From: Candidatus Zipacnadia bacterium
GTDB taxonomy: Bacteria > Armatimonadota > Zipacnadia > Zipacnadales > UBA5352
Length of the DNA stretch: 64,000 nucleotides
Assembly: GCA_029821735.1 (NCBI GenBank)
Contig: JALGSU010000021.1
Coordinates: 77,993-141,992, forward strand
Direction of reading: 5' to 3'
Shown here piece after piece: positions 27,624 to 38,279 of this stretch. A program made the translations under genes and the position numbers. Each line of letters starts with the position of its first letter. The stretch's first letter is position 1. The notes under the pieces are model-generated. The model was not told where the DNA came from, ran no database searches, and saw only the letters and a list, made by a program, of their open reading frames with translations.

Positions 27624-29594
27624 CTATGCCCACAGGTCAAGGTCTTTGACGGATCGCGCGTGAGCGGCGATGAAGTCCCGCCGCGGCTCGACGTTCGAAC
27701 CCATGAGCGTGGAGATGATGCGATCGGCCTCCACCGCATCGTCTATGTTGACCCTGCGCAGCACGCGGTCCTCAGGGTCCATAGTAGTGTCGGCCAGGTC
27801 ATGGGCGTCCATCTCGGACAGACCCTTAAAGTAGTTCACCGTCAGGCGCCGGTTGCCGACCTTCTTGCGGAAGGCCGCGAGCTCAGCGTCATCGAGCGCG
27901 TAGTGCGTCTCCTTGCCCATCTTCATCCGATACAGCGGCGGCTGGGCGATATACAGATGGCCCTCGAGAATCAGCGGCTGCATGTAGCGGTAGAAGAAGG
28001 TGAGGATCAGCGTGCGGATATGCGAGCCATCCACGTCCGCGTCGGCGAGGATGATAATCTTGTCATATCGCAGTTTGCTGAGGTCGAACTTGCTCGACGA
28101 CTCGCCATTCTGGCCCTCGCTGCTCTCGCTGCCATCGCCGTTGCCATTACCGTTCAGGTTGAAGCCAGCTCCCAGAGCAGTGATCATCCCCTGGATTTCC
28201 TCGTTGTCGAGGATCCGGTCGAGGCGGTTCTTCTCGACGTTGATGATCACACCGCGTAGCGGCAGAATCGCCTGGTAACGGGCATCCCGAGCCTGCTTGG
28301 CGTTGCCACCGGCCGAGTCACCCTCAACGATGAACAGCTCGCACTCCTCCGGATCGCGGGAGGCGCAGTCGGCGAGCTTGCCGGGCAGCCCGCCGGTGGA
28401 CAGAGCAGTCTTGCGCGTGGCTGCCGCGGCCTTGCGGGCCGCGTCGTTAGCGCGGGCGGCTGTGACCACGTTGTTGATGATGCGCTTGGCGACACGCGGG
28501 TTCTCGGCGAAGAAGTCGGTCAGGCACTCGTAGACGATAGAGCTGACCTCGCCCTCGACCTCCGAGTTGCCCAGCTTGGTCTTGGTCTGGCCCTCGAACT
28601 GGGGCTCCATGACCTTCAGATTGATGATGGCCGTCATGCCCTCGCGGACCTCGTCGCCGGTGAAGTTGCGTTCCTTCTCCTTGCGCAGGCCGTTGGCGAA
28701 AGCATATTGGTTGATCACACGAGTAACGGCTGTCTTGAAGCCGGACATGTGCGTGCCGCCCTCAAGAGTGTGGATCGCGTTCACGTAGGAGAGAATGTTC
28801 TCGTGGATGCCACCGTGATACTGGATGGCGATCTCCACCTGGGTCTCTGCCTGGGCGCGGGAGAAATGGATGGGCTTGTGGCTGACGTCCTTGCCCTCGT
28901 TCAGGTGGCCGACATACTCGACGATGCCGCCCTTGTGCTGGAAGATCTCTTCCTGCTCTTTGCCCTCGCGCTCGTCGGTGAACGTGATCTTCACGCCCGC
29001 AGCAAGGTACGAAAGCTCGCGCAGACGCTTGGCGATCGTTTCGAAATCGAACTCACTGACCGAGAAGATCTCCGGGTCGGGCTGGAAGCTGATCGTGGTA
29101 CCGGTGGACTTGACCTTGCCGGAACTCACGAGCTTGCCGACAGGCGTGCCGCGCTCGAAGCGCTGGTTGTGCTTCTTGCCGTCGCGCCAGACCTCGACCT
29201 CGAGCCACTCGCTCAGAGCGTTGGTGCATGACACACCGACGCCGTGCAAGCCCCCGGAGACTTTGTAGGACGACGAGTCGAACTTGCCGCCGGCGTGGAG
29301 CATGGTGAGGACGACCTCGACTGCAGGACGCTTCTCGGTGGGATGCATGTCCACCGGGATGCCGCTGCCGTTGTCGCGGACGCTCACCGAGTTGCCCTCG
29401 TGAATTGTGACCCAGATCTCATCGCAGGCCTCCGCAAAGACCTCGTCGATACTGTTGTCGACGACCTCGTAGACGATGTGGTGCAGGCCGCGTTCCCCGG
29501 TTGAGCCGATGTACATCGCGGGGCGCCGCTGGACTGCTTCGAGGCCCTTCATAACCTGGATGGATTTGGCCGTGTAGTCTCTCTTTTTCGCCAT
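27624..29594 (-). CDS. gyrB: DNA gyrase subunit B
   Basis: [32 protein letters not shown]; SD AAGGAG. Confidence 0.97.
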   Translation of the reverse strand: MAKKRDYTAKSIQVMKGLEAVQRRPAMYIGSTGERGLHHIVYEVVDNSIDEVFAEACDEIWVTIHEGNSVSVRDNGSGIPVDMHPTEKRPAVEVVLTMLHAGGKFDSSSYKVSGGLHGVGVSCTNALSEWLEVEVWRDGKKHNQRFERGTPVGKLVSSGKVKSTGTTISFQPDPEIFSVSEFDFETIAKRLRELSYLAAGVKITFTDEREGKEQEEIFQHKGGIVEYVGHLNEGKDVSHKPIHFSRAQAETQVEIAIQYHGGIHENILSYVNAIHTLEGGTHMSGFKTAVTRVINQYAFANGLRKEKERNFTGDEVREGMTAIINLKVMEPQFEGQTKTKLGNSEVEGEVSSIVYECLTDFFAENPRVAKRIINNVVTAARANDAARKAAAATRKTALSTGGLPGKLADCASRDPEECELFIVEGDSAGGNAKQARDARYQAILPLRGVIINVEKNRLDRILDNEEIQGMITALGAGFNLNGNGNGDGSESSEGQNGESSSKFDLSKLRYDKIIILADADVDGSHIRTLILTFFYRYMQPLILEGHLYIAQPPLYRMKMGKETHYALDDAELAAFRKKVGNRRLTVNYFKGLSEMDAHDLADTTMDPEDRVLRRVNIDDAVEADRIISTLMGSNVEPRRDFIAAHARSVKDLDLWA

Positions 29595-29919
29595 CTACGC
29601 GTGACTCCTTAAAGGGACGCTTCGTGGGAGGAACGGGGCCGGATTCATCCGAGCCCGGTAGGGTAACCGTTGACACGAAAGTGGCATGGGCAAGGAGAAG
29701 GACGCATCGGGATCGATCAACAGCCGCAAGGTCCTCCGCTAGTGCATGTGAACTGCGTTTGCTGGTCCATCTAACGCTTCGTCAGGCACGGGCCGGGAAC
29801 TGTCCGCCGCGCCACGTATGCCCCGCAACCGACTGGAGAAATGCTTCTGAACTGGGGTTTTGGGCCCCCAGAAACAGGCCCTCAAAAGGCTTGGAATTCG
29901 CTGCTTTTCTAACAGCCAA

Positions 29920-29948
29920 ATTATACCAGAATCGGGCTCTACGGTCAA
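29920..29948 (-). promoter_or_regulatory. Sigma70 promoter (extended -10) upstream of gyrB
   Basis: Minus strand TTGACC-N17-TATAAT with TG at the extended -10 position. Confidence 0.8.
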
Positions 29949-30261
29949 GCCGCCGTCGGGCCCTGAACGGGCTCTACGGGAGGGCGTCCGGAGCCCCATA
30001 AAAGTGGTTGGTCTGGTCAACTTAAGCCGTCTGTACCTGCACAAAGCTAACACTATCGCAGGTGCGTGGCAATGGCCCATTAGAGCGTGCGCGGCAGCTC
30101 AATCGGGGGCCCGATCGGTCTCCCATGAGTGTGCGGATGTCACGGGCGCGGAGCAGGCGGAAGGATTCTCGGGACGGGTGCGGAAACACCGGGCGTAAGT
30201 GGGTGGCGGTGGCCTGGCGATGGGTGCTTTCAACAGAGCAACTAAGGAGAGGACAGGCACA

Positions 30262-31266
30262 ATGGCAGACGCGATCAGGATAGGCGCAATTGGCGCGGGC
30301 GGTAATGCCCGAGGACACATGGGACGCATGCAGGGCATGGACGGAGTCGAGCTGGTCGGAATCGTGGACCCGAGTGCTGACGCTCTCGCAGCCGCGGCCG
30401 AGAGCGTGCCCGGTGCAGACGCCCTCCCAACCTTTGCCGATCACAAGCAGTTGCTGGCTGAGGTCGAGATGGACGCGGTCATGATCTCCACCCCGCACAC
30501 CTTGCACTTCGAGCAGATCATGGACTCGCTGGACAAGGGCCTGCACGTGCTGGCGGAAAAGCCGATGGTATGCACCACCGACCACGCCCAGCAGGTCATT
30601 GACAAATACCAGGAGCAGGGCGTTGTGATGCTGGTCTCGTATCAGCGGCACACAACGGCGGCTTTCCGCTACTGCAAGGAGCGCATCGACTCCGGTGATC
30701 TGGGCGAGGTGCTCTTCGTCAACTCGCTGCAGTCGCAGGCGTGGTTCACCAGTCAGGTTGGCGGCGGCACATGGCGCTCGAAGATGAAATGGTCCGGCGG
30801 CGGACAGCTCAACGACTCAGGCAGCCACCTGATCGACATCGTGCTGTGGATGACAAGTCTGCAGCCCGATGAGGTCTTCGCCTACCAGGACAACATGGGT
30901 TCTGAAGTCGATATCCTCAGCGCTATCAACGTGAAGTTTGACGGCGGCGCGCTGTGCAACTTCGCGATCGTGGGCCACCAATCGTGGGCTGGCATGTTTG
31001 AGGAGACCACGATCTGGTGCAAGAACGGCCAGTTGGCCATCCGCGGCAATGACGTGTGGGAATGGGTGGGCGACGAGAAGGACCACCAGGTCGTGACCGG
31101 TGACGACCTCGGCTGCACCTGGCCTCCCGACGAGAACTTCATCGGCGCGATCCGCGGCGAGCAGGAAGTGCAGTCGCGGCCGGAGGATGCGCTCAAGGTT
31201 ATCCAGCTCTCCGAAGCGGCATGGGCTTCCGCTGACAGTGGAAACCCGGAAAAGGTCAATCGGTAG
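30262..31266 (+). CDS. Gfo/Idh/MocA-family oxidoreductase
   Basis: IGAIGAG, ISTPHTLH, HVLAEKPM, GGGQLNDSGSHLID. Confidence 0.93.
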   Translation: MADAIRIGAIGAGGNARGHMGRMQGMDGVELVGIVDPSADALAAAAESVPGADALPTFADHKQLLAEVEMDAVMISTPHTLHFEQIMDSLDKGLHVLAEKPMVCTTDHAQQVIDKYQEQGVVMLVSYQRHTTAAFRYCKERIDSGDLGEVLFVNSLQSQAWFTSQVGGGTWRSKMKWSGGGQLNDSGSHLIDIVLWMTSLQPDEVFAYQDNMGSEVDILSAINVKFDGGALCNFAIVGHQSWAGMFEETTIWCKNGQLAIRGNDVWEWVGDEKDHQVVTGDDLGCTWPPDENFIGAIRGEQEVQSRPEDALKVIQLSEAAWASADSGNPEKVNR

Positions 31267-31274
31267 TAGTTGAC

Positions 31275-31703
31275 GTGACCGAACCGGAAGACCGACAGGA
31301 TGAGTTCACTGCGCAGGCAGTCCGGGACGAACGCCCGGGCTGCCTGCTCGGTTCTGTCCTCGGAGTGATCGCTCGGCTTGTGCTGATCGTGCCGCCAGTG
31401 ATCATGGGCGCACAGGCAGGGATCTGGGCGGTGGCGGAGTTGTCGACGGCGGGCTCGGGGGCGCACGCGCTGGCAGCTACCGGGGCGTGCGCAGGAGCGG
31501 CGCTGGGTCTGGCGCTGATCCTACGAGGGGCGCGACGTGAGGGAGGCCGATCGGTCCGGGCGGACGTCGCGTTGTGCATGCTGTCGCTGGTCTTCCTGGC
31601 GCGTGTCGCGATGGCCTACATCGCCCCGATAGAGTTTGCGGACATCGCAGCGGCCTATCTGGCGGCGCTTGCGGGAGCGCTGATCGTGTGGCTGATAGGC
31701 TAG
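31275..31703 (+). CDS. Hypothetical membrane protein
   Basis: Four hydrophobic segments, directly after the oxidoreductase. Confidence 0.65.
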   Translation: MTEPEDRQDEFTAQAVRDERPGCLLGSVLGVIARLVLIVPPVIMGAQAGIWAVAELSTAGSGAHALAATGACAGAALGLALILRGARREGGRSVRADVALCMLSLVFLARVAMAYIAPIEFADIAAAYLAALAGALIVWLIG

Positions 31704-31767
31704 CGAGCGGCGGACCTGAGATGAATCCTGCCCCAGAACGTGCGCACAAGGGGTCAGGAGGGCAAAC

Positions 31768-31797
31768 TTGACTTCAGGCAGGGGCTTAACATATAAT
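31768..31797 (+). promoter_or_regulatory. Sigma70 promoter upstream of the histidine kinase
   Basis: TTGACT-N18-TATAAT. Confidence 0.75.
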
Positions 31798-32018
31798 TGC
31801 CGGTGGTTGGCGTTCGCAGTATGGCCGGGCGATTGGCTGTGCGGACGTCGGCGGACAGGCGTTAACCATGCTGCAGTTGCGGATGGCGCGGTGGCTGCAT
31901 GGGAGCGCGTCTGCGCATGCGTCTGTCCCGGCGCCACACGTGAGCGAGTACACTACTCTACTTTCTCGTGCTTCATCGGCAGGCCTTTGCTTGCCCGAGG
32001 CCGCCGGCGAAGGAGCGG

Positions 32019-33764
32019 GTGAGTGATAGCGTGTCAGACAATGGTCTGCCCCCCCGGGGCAGCGACAACGAGGACGCGCCGGAGTCGCCACAAGGGCTCC
32101 GAAACGAGCTCGACCGCTACCGACTGGTAGTCGAGGAACTGAACAGGCGCATCAGGGGCCTGGAGCAGGACCTCGACACCGCGGCCACAATGGCCGAGGT
32201 GCCAGCGGTTGTGATAACACGCCCCGAGTTGCGCGACACCCTCTTGCGCCTGGTCAACAAGGTCGCCATGATCGTACAGACCGAAAAGGTCATGATCATG
32301 CTGCACCAGCCTGATACAGGCACCCTCACCGTTCTGTCCCCTGCGCTCGGCGTCACCGAAGAACAGGCAGCTCAGATCTCCATGTCGGTCGACGACGGCG
32401 TGACAGGTCACGTCTTCCGTACGCAGGATTCGGTCATCTACAACGACGCGCTCAACGACCCTCGGACGCGCAAAGACTTCGTCTCCCTGCTGCACGTGCG
32501 CAATGGCATCTGCGTGCCTCTGGTGCTCAAGCAAAGGGACGCGGAGGAGCGCCTGCTTGACGAGCGTGTCATCGGTGTCATGCACGTCTTCAACAAGCGC
32601 TTCAACGCCGAACTCGGGCCCGAGGACATGCGGCTTGTGGAGATGCTGGCCGAACAGGCAGCAGCGGTTATCTCCAACGCCCAGATATATATCCAGCTCA
32701 CCGAAGAGAAGGAAGAGCTGGAGGACGCCTTCGAGAGCATCATGGTGGGCGTCATCGTGGTAAACACCCAGGGCGACCTGCGCCTGATGAACCCGTCGGC
32801 CGCCGAGATGCTGGGCCTCGCAGGCAACGATGTTATCGGCGAGCCGATGGCAGAGGTAGTGCCCGCCGGCGATGTGTACGATCTGCTGGAGGCCGCCATT
32901 CAGAGCAATGAGGACCGCAGCCTGGAGATCGAGCTCGGGGACGAGGACCCCCACACATACCAGGCACAGGCGAGTCTCATTGCGCGCGATGACGGCAGCA
33001 TTGACGCGGCAGTCGCGATCTTCAACGATATCACCGACATCCGGCGCGTCGAGCGCATGAAGACGGCGTTCGTCTCGACTGTCTCACACGAGTTGCGCAC
33101 CCCGCTCACGTCGATCAAGGGCTTCATCTCGACGCTGCTTGAGGACGACGAGGGCATGTACGATGAGGAGACGCGGCGGGAGTTCCTCGTGATTATCAAC
33201 GAGGAGTGCGATCGCTTGACCCGTCTGATATCCGACCTGCTCAACATCTCGCGCATCGAGTCCGGCCACGGGTTGGACCTGCAGCTTGCCGATGTCGACG
33301 TGCGGGCACTCATCAGCCGCGTGGCCGCTAACCAGCAGGCATACACCAAGAAGCACAAAATCATCACGCAGTTCGAGGAAGGCATTACCACGATCCGCGT
33401 GGATCACGATAAGCTCGTGCAGGTCCTCGACAACTTGGTCGGCAATGCAGTGAAATACTCGCCCAACGGTGGCACCGTGACCATCGCGGTGGCTGACGAA
33501 GGCGCGTCCGTCCGCATCGACGTCACCGACGAGGGCCTCGGAATCCCCGAGCGGCACCGTGACCAGATCTTCCAGCGCTTCCACCAGGTCGACGATGATG
33601 TGGACCACAAGTCCATCAGTGGCACGGGCATTGGCCTGTACCTCGTCCAACACCTTGCTGAGGCGCACGGCGGGCAAGTCCGGCTGAGCAGGACTGAGGT
33701 GGGCGAGGGCTCCACCTTCAGCCTCTATCTGCCGAAAGAGCCCGAGAGTGCGCTGGAGGGTTAA
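32019..33764 (+). CDS. Cytoplasmic GAF-PAS sensor histidine kinase
   Basis: Coiled coil, GAF, PAS, H-box VSHELRTPLT, N-box NLVGNAVKYS, G-boxes DEGLGI and GTGIGL; no TM segment. Confidence 0.93.
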   Translation: MSDSVSDNGLPPRGSDNEDAPESPQGLRNELDRYRLVVEELNRRIRGLEQDLDTAATMAEVPAVVITRPELRDTLLRLVNKVAMIVQTEKVMIMLHQPDTGTLTVLSPALGVTEEQAAQISMSVDDGVTGHVFRTQDSVIYNDALNDPRTRKDFVSLLHVRNGICVPLVLKQRDAEERLLDERVIGVMHVFNKRFNAELGPEDMRLVEMLAEQAAAVISNAQIYIQLTEEKEELEDAFESIMVGVIVVNTQGDLRLMNPSAAEMLGLAGNDVIGEPMAEVVPAGDVYDLLEAAIQSNEDRSLEIELGDEDPHTYQAQASLIARDDGSIDAAVAIFNDITDIRRVERMKTAFVSTVSHELRTPLTSIKGFISTLLEDDEGMYDEETRREFLVIINEECDRLTRLISDLLNISRIESGHGLDLQLADVDVRALISRVAANQQAYTKKHKIITQFEEGITTIRVDHDKLVQVLDNLVGNAVKYSPNGGTVTIAVADEGASVRIDVTDEGLGIPERHRDQIFQRFHQVDDDVDHKSISGTGIGLYLVQHLAEAHGGQVRLSRTEVGEGSTFSLYLPKEPESALEG

Positions 33765-33877
33765 GACGCGACTGACGTGGCGGCAAGGCTTGCAGCTGCC
33801 AGCTATGACTCTGACCCGGGGCCTCCCAACAAGCGGGAGGCATTATGCTTGATGGTACTGTGAGGGTGAGAGCGCAG

Positions 33878-34321
33878 ATGACTATCGCGGTGGGCAACGA
33901 TCACGCCGGCGTGGACTTGAAGCTCGCGATGCTCGAACACCTGGCCGAGCTTGGCGTTGAGGCCGAGGACTTCGGAACCGGTGAGCGCACCTCCTGTGAC
34001 TACCCCGATTTCGCCGAGAAGGTCGCCCGTTCGGTGGCTGACGGCACCCACGATATTGGCCTGCTCATCTGTGGCACGGGCCTGGGCATGTCGATGGCCG
34101 CTAACAAGGTCAATGGCGTGCGGGCAGCGTTGTGCTGCTTCGAGTACTGCGCCCGCATGGCCCGGGAACACAACGGGGCCAACGTCCTGTGCATAGGCGC
34201 GCGCGTGACTGGCCCGGACGTGGCTGCGGCGATCGTGACCGCCTTCGTGCAAACACCGGTGAACGATGAGGAACGGCACGCCCGCAGGCGCGACAAGATC
34301 ATGGCCCTGCAGGGAGACTGA
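33878..34321 (+). CDS. rpiB: Ribose-5-phosphate isomerase B
   Basis: [35 protein letters not shown]. Confidence 0.95.
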   Translation: MTIAVGNDHAGVDLKLAMLEHLAELGVEAEDFGTGERTSCDYPDFAEKVARSVADGTHDIGLLICGTGLGMSMAANKVNGVRAALCCFEYCARMAREHNGANVLCIGARVTGPDVAAAIVTAFVQTPVNDEERHARRRDKIMALQGD

Positions 34322-34332
34322 GCGAGAGCGCC

Positions 34333-34842
34333 ATGCCCGAGACTGAGCGCCAGCAACTGGACCGGCGGCCCACATGGGACGAGTATTTCATGGAGATATG
34401 CCATGTGGTAGCCAGGCGCTCCACCTGTCTGCGACGGCAGGTGGGTGCGGTGCTGGTTTCGGATCGGCGTATCCTGGCCACGGGCTACAACGGCGCGCCG
34501 AAGGGGCTGCCGCACTGCGCGGAGTTGGGCGGCTGCTATCGCGAGAAGATGCAAGTGCCCTCGGGAGAGCGCCAGGAGCTTTGCCGAGCGCTGCATGCTG
34601 AGCAGAACGCGATCATTCAGGCCGCGGTCCACGGTGTCAAGCTTGAGAATGTGACGCTCTACTGCACGACGCAGCCCTGCGTGACGTGCGCGAAGATGCT
34701 CATCAACGCCGATGTGCGCCGGATCGTCTATGAGAACCCGTATCCCGATGAACTGAGTCGCCAGATGCTCGAAGAGGCTGGCGTAGAGTTGGTGCACTGG
34801 CAGAACGATCGCGACCCCGGCGCCGATGGAGACGACTCGTGA
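34333..34842 (+). CDS. dCMP deaminase (ComEB-like)
   Basis: [31 protein letters not shown]. Confidence 0.93.
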   Translation: MPETERQQLDRRPTWDEYFMEICHVVARRSTCLRRQVGAVLVSDRRILATGYNGAPKGLPHCAELGGCYREKMQVPSGERQELCRALHAEQNAIIQAAVHGVKLENVTLYCTTQPCVTCAKMLINADVRRIVYENPYPDELSRQMLEEAGVELVHWQNDRDPGADGDDS

Positions 34843-35777
34843 ACCCCGGTGCACCGTTCGCAATCGCCCTGGTGCTCGCCCTGATCTTCACGCCGCTCTG
34901 GCGGCGATTGGCGCCGGCCTGTGGGGCCATCGATTGTCCGGTCGGCCGCAGTTCGCACAAGGAACCCACGCCCACCTGCGGGGGCTTTGGCATCTATCTG
35001 GCGTTTTGGGTGACGACGCTGCTACTCGCGTCGCCCCTCCCCAGATTCATGATCGGAATGCTGATAGGGTCGGCGATTCTGGCCTTGGTGTGCTTCATCG
35101 ATGACACGCGCGGGTTGCATCCCGCTCCACGCTTCGCGGTGCAGGGCGCAGTGGCGACGCTGGCGTACGTGATGGGCGTGCAGGTCGTGCAGATCACCAA
35201 TCCGCTCGCCGGCCTCGTCGGTCCCCATTACATCTTCATGGGCTGGCTGTCGGCGCCGGTCACCATTCTCTGGATTGTCTTCATCATCAACGCGGTGAAC
35301 TGGCTGGACGGCTTGGACGGGCTTGCCGCTGGCGTTAGCGGCATCGCCGCGATCACGCTGGCGACAGTGGCGGCAGTCGGCGGCCAGGTGGTTATCGCCA
35401 TTGCAGCCGCAGCGCTTGCCGGCGGCGCTCTCGGTTTCCTTCGCTACAACTTCAGCCCAGCCCGGATCTTCATGGGCGACGTGGGCGCGATGTTCCTTGG
35501 GTACACCCTTGCCTGCCTGTCGATCGTGGGGGCTGTGAAAGTTTCCATGGGACTGATGATTCTAGTCCCACTGCTGGTGCTGGGACTGCCTATCTATGAT
35601 TCGACCTCGACCATACTCAAGCGTGCGATGGCCGGGCGGCCGATATACCGCCCCGACCGCACCCACCTGCACCACCGGCTGCTCGACAACGGGCTCAGCA
35701 CGCGGGAGACGGTACTGCTGATGTACGGTATCACGGGATTCCTTTGCGTGATAGCGCTGGGGGTATGGATACGATGA
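34839..35777 (+). CDS. WecA/TagO-type undecaprenyl-phosphate GlcNAc-1-phosphate transferase
   Basis: [31 protein letters not shown]. Confidence 0.93.
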   Translation: MNPGAPFAIALVLALIFTPLWRRLAPACGAIDCPVGRSSHKEPTPTCGGFGIYLAFWVTTLLLASPLPRFMIGMLIGSAILALVCFIDDTRGLHPAPRFAVQGAVATLAYVMGVQVVQITNPLAGLVGPHYIFMGWLSAPVTILWIVFIINAVNWLDGLDGLAAGVSGIAAITLATVAAVGGQVVIAIAAAALAGGALGFLRYNFSPARIFMGDVGAMFLGYTLACLSIVGAVKVSMGLMILVPLLVLGLPIYDSTSTILKRAMAGRPIYRPDRTHLHHRLLDNGLSTRETVLLMYGITGFLCVIALGVWIR

Positions 35778-36943
35778 GCGCACGAAGTGTCGCAATTGTC
35801 CTGGGCACTCGCCCTGAGGCCATCAAGCTGGCCCCGGTCTATGTTGAGATGCAGAAGCGGGAGCATCTCGACCCGATGCTGATCACCACCGGGCAGCACC
35901 GTGAAATGCTCGACCAGGTGCTGGATGTTTTCGGCCTGACGCCCGATCTGAGTTACGACATCATGCAGCACGGTCAGACGCTGGCCGGAGTGACCGCGCG
36001 CGCGATCACGGTGCTCGATGAGGCCTTCGAGGAACATGCGCCAGAGATCGTGCTGGTGCAGGGAGATACGGCGACCACGTTCGTCGGAGCGCTGGCTGCA
36101 TATTACCGCCAGATCGACGTCGGGCATGTGGAGGCGGGGCTGCGCAGCGGCGACAAGTACTCGCCCTTCCCTGAGGAGGTCTTCCGCCAACTGACGGGGG
36201 AGATCGCCGATCTGCACTTTGCGGCCACCGAGAAGTCACGCAAAAACTTGCTGGACGAGGGCGTTGACCCGGCAATCGTGTTCGTGACGGGCAATACCGT
36301 TATCGACGCCCTGCACACGACCCTCGACAAGCACCCGTCGCTGGCGGGGACAGCGTTCGAGTGGCTGGAGGAAACCAGCGGGCGTGTCATGCTGGTGACC
36401 GCGCACCGGCGTGAGAATCTGGGCGTGCCGTTCACGCGCATCTGCACCGCAATCGCCGACTTGGTGAAGCGTTTCGAGGACCTGACCGTGGTCTTCCCGA
36501 TGCACCTGAACCCGAAGGTGCGCGGAGCGGCGACCGAGCTTCTCGGCGAGCTTGACCGCGTGCACCTGTGCGAGCCGGCTGACTATGTGACCTTCGTGCC
36601 GCTGATGGCTCGCGCGGACCTGATCATCACCGACTCGGGCGGCATCCAGGAGGAAGCGCCTGCACTCAACGTTCCGGTGCTGGTGGTGCGCGACACAACT
36701 GAGAGGCCCGAGGGCATAGACGCGGGCGTAGTAGAACTGGTCGGCACCGAGACGGCCGACATCTACAAGGGCGCCGAGGAGTTGCTGACGAACGTCTCGA
36801 CGTATGCGCGTATGTCCGGCGGCGGCAGCCCCTACGGCGATGGTCGCGCTTCCGAGCGGATATGCGACGCACTTGAGTACGCGATGGGACTTCGTGATGA
36901 GCGCCCCGAGGACTTTGTCTACCAGCCGGGGAAGCAGGGGTAG
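35774..36943 (+). CDS. wecB: UDP-N-acetylglucosamine 2-epimerase (non-hydrolysing)
   Basis: GTRPEAIKLAP, HVEAGLRS, TDSGGIQEE, TERPE. Confidence 0.96.
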   Translation: MSARSVAIVLGTRPEAIKLAPVYVEMQKREHLDPMLITTGQHREMLDQVLDVFGLTPDLSYDIMQHGQTLAGVTARAITVLDEAFEEHAPEIVLVQGDTATTFVGALAAYYRQIDVGHVEAGLRSGDKYSPFPEEVFRQLTGEIADLHFAATEKSRKNLLDEGVDPAIVFVTGNTVIDALHTTLDKHPSLAGTAFEWLEETSGRVMLVTAHRRENLGVPFTRICTAIADLVKRFEDLTVVFPMHLNPKVRGAATELLGELDRVHLCEPADYVTFVPLMARADLIITDSGGIQEEAPALNVPVLVVRDTTERPEGIDAGVVELVGTETADIYKGAEELLTNVSTYARMSGGGSPYGDGRASERICDALEYAMGLRDERPEDFVYQPGKQG

Positions 36944-36965
36944 ACCAGGGGGAGGTGTAGCAGCG

Positions 36966-38279
36966 ATGGCGTCTGACGAGCGACCAACCGAGCCGATAGA
37001 GCAATGGCCGAACCGCCGGATCATATTCCTGGCAGTCGTCGTAGGCTTCATCTTCTACGCGATTTTCAAACTCCCGCCGACCATCAACTACGTAGTTCTG
37101 CGGCTGCGAGACATCCTGACGATGCTCGTGCTTGCGGTCGCATTCGCGTACTTCCTGCTGCCGTCGGTCAAGCTTCTTGAGCGCATTCCGTGGCCTCTGC
37201 AGCACAAAGCCAAGCGGGACACGTGCACCATTCTGGCGATGCTGCTGGTGGCAGCGCTCTTCGTGCTTCTGGTGAGTCTCATAAGCCATCCGGTGAGTGA
37301 GGAACTCTCACGACTGGCCCGGTTGACCACCGAGTGGGCGAAGACCCTGCCCGGCGTGGCTCAGGACTGGATGGACCGCTACAGCGATCGCATGCCGATT
37401 GAGTGGCAGGCCTGGATCGACAAACAGTTCACCACCGACGGGGGCTTTGGCGCATCGCCTGATGGACAGGGCGGCCTTGGGGTGACTCTTCTCACTCAAC
37501 TGAAAGAGTGGGTGGTTGCGCTGGGGGGCTGGTACGCGAACCTGCTCAAGAACGTGGTTCTCAGTGGCGCGCATCTTATCGCCCTGCTCGTGCTGCCAGT
37601 TTTCGCTTTCTACTTCATTACTGACGCGGAGAAGCTGCGCGCTGGCCTGCAAGGCCTGTTGCCCGCGGACGCCCATGACGCGTGCGCTCGAATGACCGCC
37701 GACGTGCACCGAGTCTTGCAAGGATACGTGGGCACCCTCATCCTGATTTCGATCGGGACCGGGATCGCCACCGCTGTGACACTGTACCTGGCGGGAGTGC
37801 CGGTCTACCTGACCTTCGGCATTATGGCCGGGGTGTCGAACCTGATCCCGGTGGTCGGTCCCGTCATTGCCGGCATTCTCATCTCCGCGATCACGTTGCT
37901 GCAGGTGAGCTGGCAGGCGATGCTGGTGGTGCTGGCCGTATATCTGCTCATCCAACTGGTGAGCGATCGACTGATAGCACCCAAGCTGATGAGCGAGAGT
38001 TCGAACCTGCACCCGATCGTGGTCATCATCGCGTTGTTGGCAGGGGCGGAGTTCTTCGGGGCAATCGGCTTGTTCGTCGCAGTCCCGGCGGTGGCGGCGG
38101 CGCGGGTGGCGTGGATGCACTACCGCCTGTGGGCCGCCGAGGACGAGGACATCGCCGAGCTCGAGGCCATGCTGGGGATCACCAGCGAAGCGGGAGCCGA
38201 CGCGGGCCAGGCAGCGATTGTCGACGAAAGTCCCGTGACCGACGACGAGACAGAGGACGTGTCTGATGGGAATTGTTGA
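36966..38279 (+). CDS. AI-2E family transporter
   Basis: TM pattern with NLIPVVGP, IAPKLM..LHP, GAIGLFVAVP. Confidence 0.9.
   Translation: MASDERPTEPIEQWPNRRIIFLAVVVGFIFYAIFKLPPTINYVVLRLRDILTMLVLAVAFAYFLLPSVKLLERIPWPLQHKAKRDTCTILAMLLVAALFVLLVSLISHPVSEELSRLARLTTEWAKTLPGVAQDWMDRYSDRMPIEWQAWIDKQFTTDGGFGASPDGQGGLGVTLLTQLKEWVVALGGWYANLLKNVVLSGAHLIALLVLPVFAFYFITDAEKLRAGLQGLLPADAHDACARMTADVHRVLQGYVGTLILISIGTGIATAVTLYLAGVPVYLTFGIMAGVSNLIPVVGPVIAGILISAITLLQVSWQAMLVVLAVYLLIQLVSDRLIAPKLMSESSNLHPIVVIIALLAGAEFFGAIGLFVAVPAVAAARVAWMHYRLWAAEDEDIAELEAMLGITSEAGADAGQAAIVDESPVTDDETEDVSDGNC

Noticed and set aside
22549-29594. Inteins or introns in nrdJ, gyrA or gyrB
   Set aside because: Protein lengths are normal and there are no splice-junction or endonuclease motifs.
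30004-30023. GntR-like operator GTTGGTCTGGTCAAC upstream of the oxidoreductase
   Set aside because: Only an imperfect palindrome, far from the start codon, with no regulator gene in the window.
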